A stretch of 63,393 bases of DNA, filler included, from Octopus bimaculoides (lineage: Eukaryota), in the NCBI RefSeq assembly GCF_001194135.2. It is 3 parts of 3 records of this genome, joined end to end, with 100 filler letters (N's around TTAATTAATTAA, not from the genome) between each part and the next. Parts side by side here need not be neighbours in the genome. Positions count along the whole stretch, not along the records: positions 53,185 to 63,393 come from NC_068982.1; 2 more parts are not named here. One strand, given 5' to 3'. Positions 59,885 to 63,393 of the stretch are shown piece by piece (within the stretch, counting starts at the first letter, position 1; each line of letters begins with the position of its first letter). Under the pieces are notes generated by a model. That model was given only the letters and a program-made list of their open reading frames with translations, was not told the DNA's origin and did not search any database. The translations under genes were made by a program, and so were the position numbers.

Positions 59885-62800
59885 TTCTTCTCTACTTTAC
59901 CAGATGTAATAACTTGTCCTGAACTTTTCCAAATGTAGTAACTTGTCCAGTAATTTTTCAGGTTTATAATCTTAAGACTATTATTTCTCTTGCTCGCATT
60001 TTTTCCATGTAATCCCTGTTCTTTCCAGGCTATGCTATTATGCTAATTGATACATTATCAATTAGCGGTGTCGTTGACAATTTTTTCCTTACCTCAATGA
60101 TGCCGGTGACATACATTAAGAGTCTCCTTATAGAACTATACTGATAAAAAAATGCGGAATTATATTATCAACCTCAAATTTGAGAAACATACACTCATAA
60201 CTTTTTTCTTTTAAAACTTAATTGCATGAGATTGATACCATGAAATTCTTCGAAATGATCTCTATCATTTAAGCTTAATTAAAATATAGCTTGTTTTTTT
60301 AANNNNNNNNNNNNNNNNNNNNNNNNNNNNNNNNNNNNNNNNNNNNNNNNNNNNNNNNNNNNNNNNNNNNNNNNNNNNNNNNNNNNNNNNNNNNNNNNNN
60401 NNNNNNNNNAATAAAAGAGTTAATTCTACTTAAATTCAATTTTTTGCCTTACTTATATTTTTTCATGATATTTTACATCACGACTTTTTTTATACAAATT
60501 TTTGTTGTATGGGACCAAAACTATGAAATTCTTCACGTTTTTTTTTCTCACTGACGCTAAGATAAGTATATTTTGCTATTAAAATAAAAAAAAAATTATT
60601 TAAATCTAAACTTGATTGGTGGCGTTTCTTATTCTCCTATAACGTTGCTACAAATTTTGATGTAAGCGTTTTCTACTGGACGAAATCTCAATTTTTTTAA
60701 TGCTAGAATGTAGCTAGGAACCATTCCTCTTCAAAACTGTTATCGGTTTTCCATTTGGTTAAGAACTGAATTAGCAACAAGCTCCGAAAGATGCTGCGTG
60801 TGAGTAAATTGCGGCCTTAAGAATATTATTCAACTACTACCGTAGTTGAATTATTTATCTTTCATATTGTTTAAATCATGAAATACGCAGAAATAATGAG
60901 CACAATTTCTGTATATTCCTGAATAGTTGCTGATGTTCGTTCTTCTGTTAGAAGAAATTCGATAATATAAGTGTTGAGTCTTTGTTGTAAATGAATACAA
61001 ATCAACCTGTTTATGTGTTGTTTCAGCTGTACAATGTATACATAAATAACAAGTTGCAACAATTTTCCCTTTCACTGCAGAAACGAAAACATGTTTTGAG
61101 ATCTTTCTCTTCCAAACTGTCATGAAGACTTTCAGTTGTTAAACGCTTGCAATTTGTAATTCATTTACGAGTGTTATTTGTATTGGGGTGGGGGGAATCG
61201 TTTTTGCTGAAATAACAGCAATAATTAATTTTGTATCAAAGAGAATAATTAAATTTCTCTTGCTCTAATTTAATTTCGGTTTCTGAAAAAACAATTAGTG
61301 AAAGTTTAACTGCAAAGTATGAGGCAAAGAAGCATAACTGTTACTGACTAATGTCATGATGCATGGTACTTAAAATTTATAGAAGATGGGAAAATAAGGA
61401 ACTTTGATGTTTATTTCTTCTGTAAATTAATAACTTGATTTGAAACAGAATTATATTTGAGTTATTAATCATATTGCTGGACTACAGAGTCCACTACACG
61501 AATGGAAATTTACATTATGTTAGCTAAGTGGCTTTTGTTTTTGTTTTAAATATTACGTTTCAAGTAAATTGATTAGATCGACGACGAGGGAGAGAAGAAT
61601 GGGTGGCCTTCGTTATACATTGATTTCTATCTAGTCATAACGCATTATGAAGGTAGGTGTTCATGAGACATGCAATTATTAGGAAGATAGCTTTGACAGT
61701 GATTACGACTGGGGGAATATAAAGTATGTTTGAATAGGAGCAGAAATAAGGTAATCAAGCGGAGAAGCGTATCAGATGCCGTAAAACTGATAGAGTATTA
61801 TTGAGTGAATGAATTATAGCATAGAAAGAAATATCGATAGAATGGTTAGTTAAGAGAAGGTGAGTCGGAGGCGGGAGGAACGCTCTTCAAGAAGTTTACG
61901 CCGAGGGATTAACCTGGAGTTTGTTTCCTTAGTAGTCTCCAGTCTACCAGATCTTGGCCATACTTTCGCTTACATTAATTTTTTTTCTTCAGAATTTATC
62001 TAATATTAAATTCTTTTTAATATGATTAAATCCAACATTAAGGTGAAACAAATTAATCAATAGAGTCAATCAAAGTGAAATACTGGCATTTATTTCATAG
62101 AACACAGACTCTGGTGCACACTGAGTTAAAAAATTACAGAGCTGAAACAAAATTCTGCAAGCTATTTACCCTGATATGCTTACAGTGTTTGCAAGTATAC
62201 GTTACCAAAACGGTGTCCTCTGAAGTTTTTCAACAGAATAAGATCATTCCATACGATAACGAGGGGCAAATTCTTGTATGATAACGGTTTGTTGACACAT
62301 CTAAGAGGAAAAGTAAAGTTAAACAAGGATGTCACTTACTGTTACAGTTTTGTGACACGCTCGATACTTCTCATGTAGGATACTGTGTGTAAGTTATGTA
62401 CAAGTGGCTTATAAGCTGAATAGGAATTAAAGAATTTAAATAAACTTTTTTCCTAATCGTGTTCATCACTAAGTTTGAATTATTGATTCTTTAAGACTTC
62501 GATCCACCTACTACATTGATTTCATCAGAGACAACATCTCTGGCTAATGAAGTTTCACAGATAAACCTACTTCAACTTTGACAAGTATCATCAATTGCAT
62601 GTAAGAAAACAAGGATCTCTTTATACAGATTCAATTGGAAATAAACAAAGCTTATATCTTCAATACTCTTTTATATCTTAGTGTGGCTAGAGCGATGTGT
62701 GTAAAGTAAAAAAAAAATAACTTATACTTTGGGGAACAAATATAAATTTTCCCTATTCATTGGTAAAAATCTTCAACAGTAAATATATCACAAGCCGAAC

Positions 62801-63362
62801 TCGTGTATAATTGCTTTATATGATGCATGATCACATCTCTATTTTTAATGAACACTTACAAATGTTGAGATTTGGTATACATAGACATTTTTAAATAGAA
62901 GAAATTATTTGAAATCAAGGAAAAAGTGGGAATAAGGAGTGAGAGAAGACACCTCAGAGCTCAGACAAAGCACATGTGACGCAGACATAAGAAAATGTGT
63001 GCACAATAAAATCTTATGCAGAATAATGCATATTTTTTGCCAATATCAGGTGTCAGTAACTATTTACAATTATTGCAAAACTCGAGAAAGATTTATCATT
63101 GCATAAATTATTTCTATAGAAAATAACGAATCAATAATGTTTGAGTAATTATTAATAATCAAATGACATTAGTTAAACGTTGTCAAGAGATTGATCAATC
63201 ACTAAATTTCATTAATAGTTACTTTTTAGAGATCAATGGCTTCAGAAAATTACTATGTGCGGTGTTAATAAAGATGGAAAAAGTAACAGAAATATATTGG
63301 TGTTATTTAACATTGTGTCTTTGTGTTTAATATATTAGAGATAAAAGTAATGATAGAGAAAG

Positions 63363-63393
<31 letters not shown>

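Noticed and set aside
60828-60851. Perfect 10-bp hairpin ATTCAACTAC-TACC-GTAGTTGAAT
   Set aside because: Too short for a pre-miRNA, with no CTAG/CTRR terminus nearby. Plausible by chance in 63 kb of AT-rich DNA.

Overview
AT-rich, microsatellite-dense, gapped animal genomic DNA. The SINE, RTE and Penelope repeat families look like those of an octopod cephalopod (Octopus-like); this is an inference from recalled repeat sequences, not a database search. The window is probably three unrelated pieces, because two identical 100-bp spacers (44 N + TTAATTAATTAA + 44 N, at 21194-21293 and 53085-53184) are artificial six-frame-stop linkers. Piece 1 (1-21193) holds the only well-supported host gene, which the ORF track misses: a four-exon, minus-strand ERICH2-like gene (CDS 14569-14537, 2041-1984, 1242-1171, 903-713; 117 aa). 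One of its 5' splice sites is triplicated. Its 12.5-kb intron holds a nest of elements: a Gypsy-type pol fragment, an Inr+DPE promoter with a spliced leader, a Helitron derivative with both termini and five STPR-like repeats, an intron-containing Tc1 transposase remnant, and a long RTE LINE with a PHD finger. Four RTE-tail copies lie in +,-,[ATG exon],-,+ order. An intact solo LTR with 4-bp target-site duplications (TSDs) sits upstream of the gene. Pieces 2 and 3 are mostly decayed Penelope-like, RTE, mariner, SINE and MITE sequence plus simple repeats. They contain minimal hammerhead-ribozyme-like motifs, a foldback element and a few unassigned exon candidates. No rRNA, bona fide tRNA gene or CRISPR array was found.
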